The notes beneath the pieces were generated by a model. The model saw only the letters and a program-made list of their open reading frames with translations. It did not search any database and was not told the DNA's origin. A stretch of 61,970 nt of DNA, filler included, from Choristocarpus tenellus KU-1152 (Eukaryota; Protista; Phaeophyceae), in NCBI GenBank assembly GCA_964200185.2. It is 8 parts of 8 records of this genome, joined end to end, with 100 filler letters (N's around TTAATTAATTAA, not from the genome) between each part and the next. Parts side by side here need not be neighbours in the genome. Positions count along the whole stretch, not along the records: positions 57,403 to 61,970 come from CAXNAD020013983.1; 7 more parts are not named here. The stretch is one strand, 5' to 3'. Positions 60,251-61,970 of this stretch are shown piece by piece (within the stretch, counting starts at the first letter, position 1; every line of letters begins with the position of its first letter). The position numbers and the translations under genes were made by a program.

Positions 60251-61945
60251 CAAGAATAGCAACAATTTGACGCACTTGGACAGGAGAACAATTATTGGTT
60301 ATGTTGAGAGGGTGGTAGAGGAGATTGTGGGGCAGTTAGCCTTTTTTAATCCTTGTTGGACAGTGATAAGTATGATCTGAGACCCTTCTGTTGGTGGTGC
60401 ATTGTTGATTTTCGTCTACTACTGTCTTTTTTTCCCTCAGTATGAGTGTGACTGGAATACCTTCAACATTCACTGAGAAAATGTGAAGACCAAAGATTGG
60501 GCGAAGTGTGCACAAGGTAGGATAGAAATAAGGTAACAATGCAAGTATTGGGGGTTGGTGATAACCTTTTTGAAACCTCAAGGGGGCATGGGTGCAAGGA
60601 GGGGGTCCATTGTGAGCATATACTACAGACGTTCGTGTAATACAACTCAGGTTAAGGGCTCGTCAGATATTTTGTTCAGCCTTGGGTTTTGGAGGGGGAA
60701 GAGAGTTGTATTTTCAGGATGGTCACTTGGCTCATCATGTGTTTGTTCCTTATTGTTAGTTACACCGTTGATGAGAATCTCATGGCTCCACTGCGTTGTA
60801 TCATCACAAAAATATCCATGCATTTTTTGGTGTGATGGTCTTTTTTAATTCCACAATACAATATATGTGATACGTAAATAATTTTTCTACTGTGATGTTG
60901 AAAGAAGAGTGCACGAATGAATTTTTCTGTGCACACACGATGTTGATATTACAACTTTAGTACCATCTTATCTTATGGTGAAGTGGTGCTAACTCAACAA
61001 GGAGTGATGCGATTGCCTGTTCTCCTTCCCTGTCCATGTTGCTTGCATTGGTTAAATGCGAAGTTCCAGTGCAGCCTTGCTGATGAAGTCGTCACAAACT
61101 CTCTTCTCATTCCTTTCCGCTTTCAGTTACACAAGTTTGCTTGTCTGTCAGCGCATTCTTGCGAACTCTTCTACCTTTCGTTGAAGAAAAGTAATATTGC
61201 TGTCTGAAAAATTGCACTTGCAATGGCATACATTCCATATTTGAAATTGGTTTATATTCCCTCAAAACACATATTCCATATACAGGAGGAATGTCTTAAT
61301 TTACCTTCCACAGCCCTTCATTACTTTCAACTCCAGAGAAAATGACAACTTGCTCTGCGGTATTTGTGGACAATTATTCTCAGGGTACTTGCTGTCTCCC
61401 ACCCCATAGAAACAAATAAGGAGAGAAGAAAGTCAGTATAATCTGACAACCATACTCTCTTGAACGCAATCAGAGGGAAGGAAATCCGCTAGCAAAGGGT
61501 CAGAAACGCTTCATGACACCCACTTACAGAAAATGCCATAAGTTCCTCTTAGTACTTACTGCCTGGCTATATCTAAGCAAAGGCTACCGGAGTATTGTCA
61601 AGATCCCCTATAGAGAACACACCATAGCAGGACAAGAAAAAATATGGGACTTTCATCTTGTGCACAAAGAAAATTTCTCAAACGCAATAGATTCCAACCG
61701 AAATCAGAACAGAGTGAACCAAAGACACATGGCTACGCGCAGTTGAAAGCTAGTGGAACCTCAAATACTATTTCCTACCCCATACAACTCACTGAAGTCA
61801 AATCTATAGAAAGATAGAGCAATATCTACACTCTATCTACATCACTTTTAAAGCGTGTTCATGCTCTACTACTTTGCTGTATGTGTATGTGTGTGGGCGT
61901 TCAACCAATCGTTTCATATCCTTATTCCAGCAAATATCCATCCCT

Positions 61946-61970
61946 GGGTCAAAGTATCTGGGGGGGGGGT
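61946..61970 (+). mobile_element. MITE family A terminus at window edge
   Basis: GGGTCAAAGTATCTGGGGGGGG. Confidence 0.7.

Overview
Eukaryotic, intron-rich, repeat-rich genomic DNA. It is most likely a stramenopile, probably a brown alga or close relative; this is inferred from an EsV-1-7 domain gene, TTAGGG-type repeats and the gene structures. The window is a concatenation of 8 contigs joined by 100-nt N/TTAATTAATTAA/N linkers, so adjacency across linkers is meaningless. Host genes rebuilt by hand from splice sites: an intronless 10-repeat EsV-1-7 (Cys3His) array protein with a bipartite NLS, a membrane protein with an FTPAxWAFxIW motif, HAT1, one xanthine dehydrogenase exon, a complete mitochondrial ferredoxin with an inserted loop, a PSI-like/TM/acidic-tail protein, an SDR, and an EML-type HELP/WD40 protein. 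Mobile DNA: two decayed Ty1/copia elements, an LTR family (3 copies, one with a PBS and gag-like ORF), a LINE RT relic, and about 17 copies of two MITE families that share termini and make 3-bp TSDs. The best candidate for a novel system is the EsV-1-7 array, a rigid 38-aa scaffold with two variable residues around a conserved Pro, reminiscent of a TALE/zinc-finger recognition code (hypothesis only). Other notable signals are telomeric repeats at splice sites and inside MITE termini, and recurrent GC-AG introns. No database searches were run.
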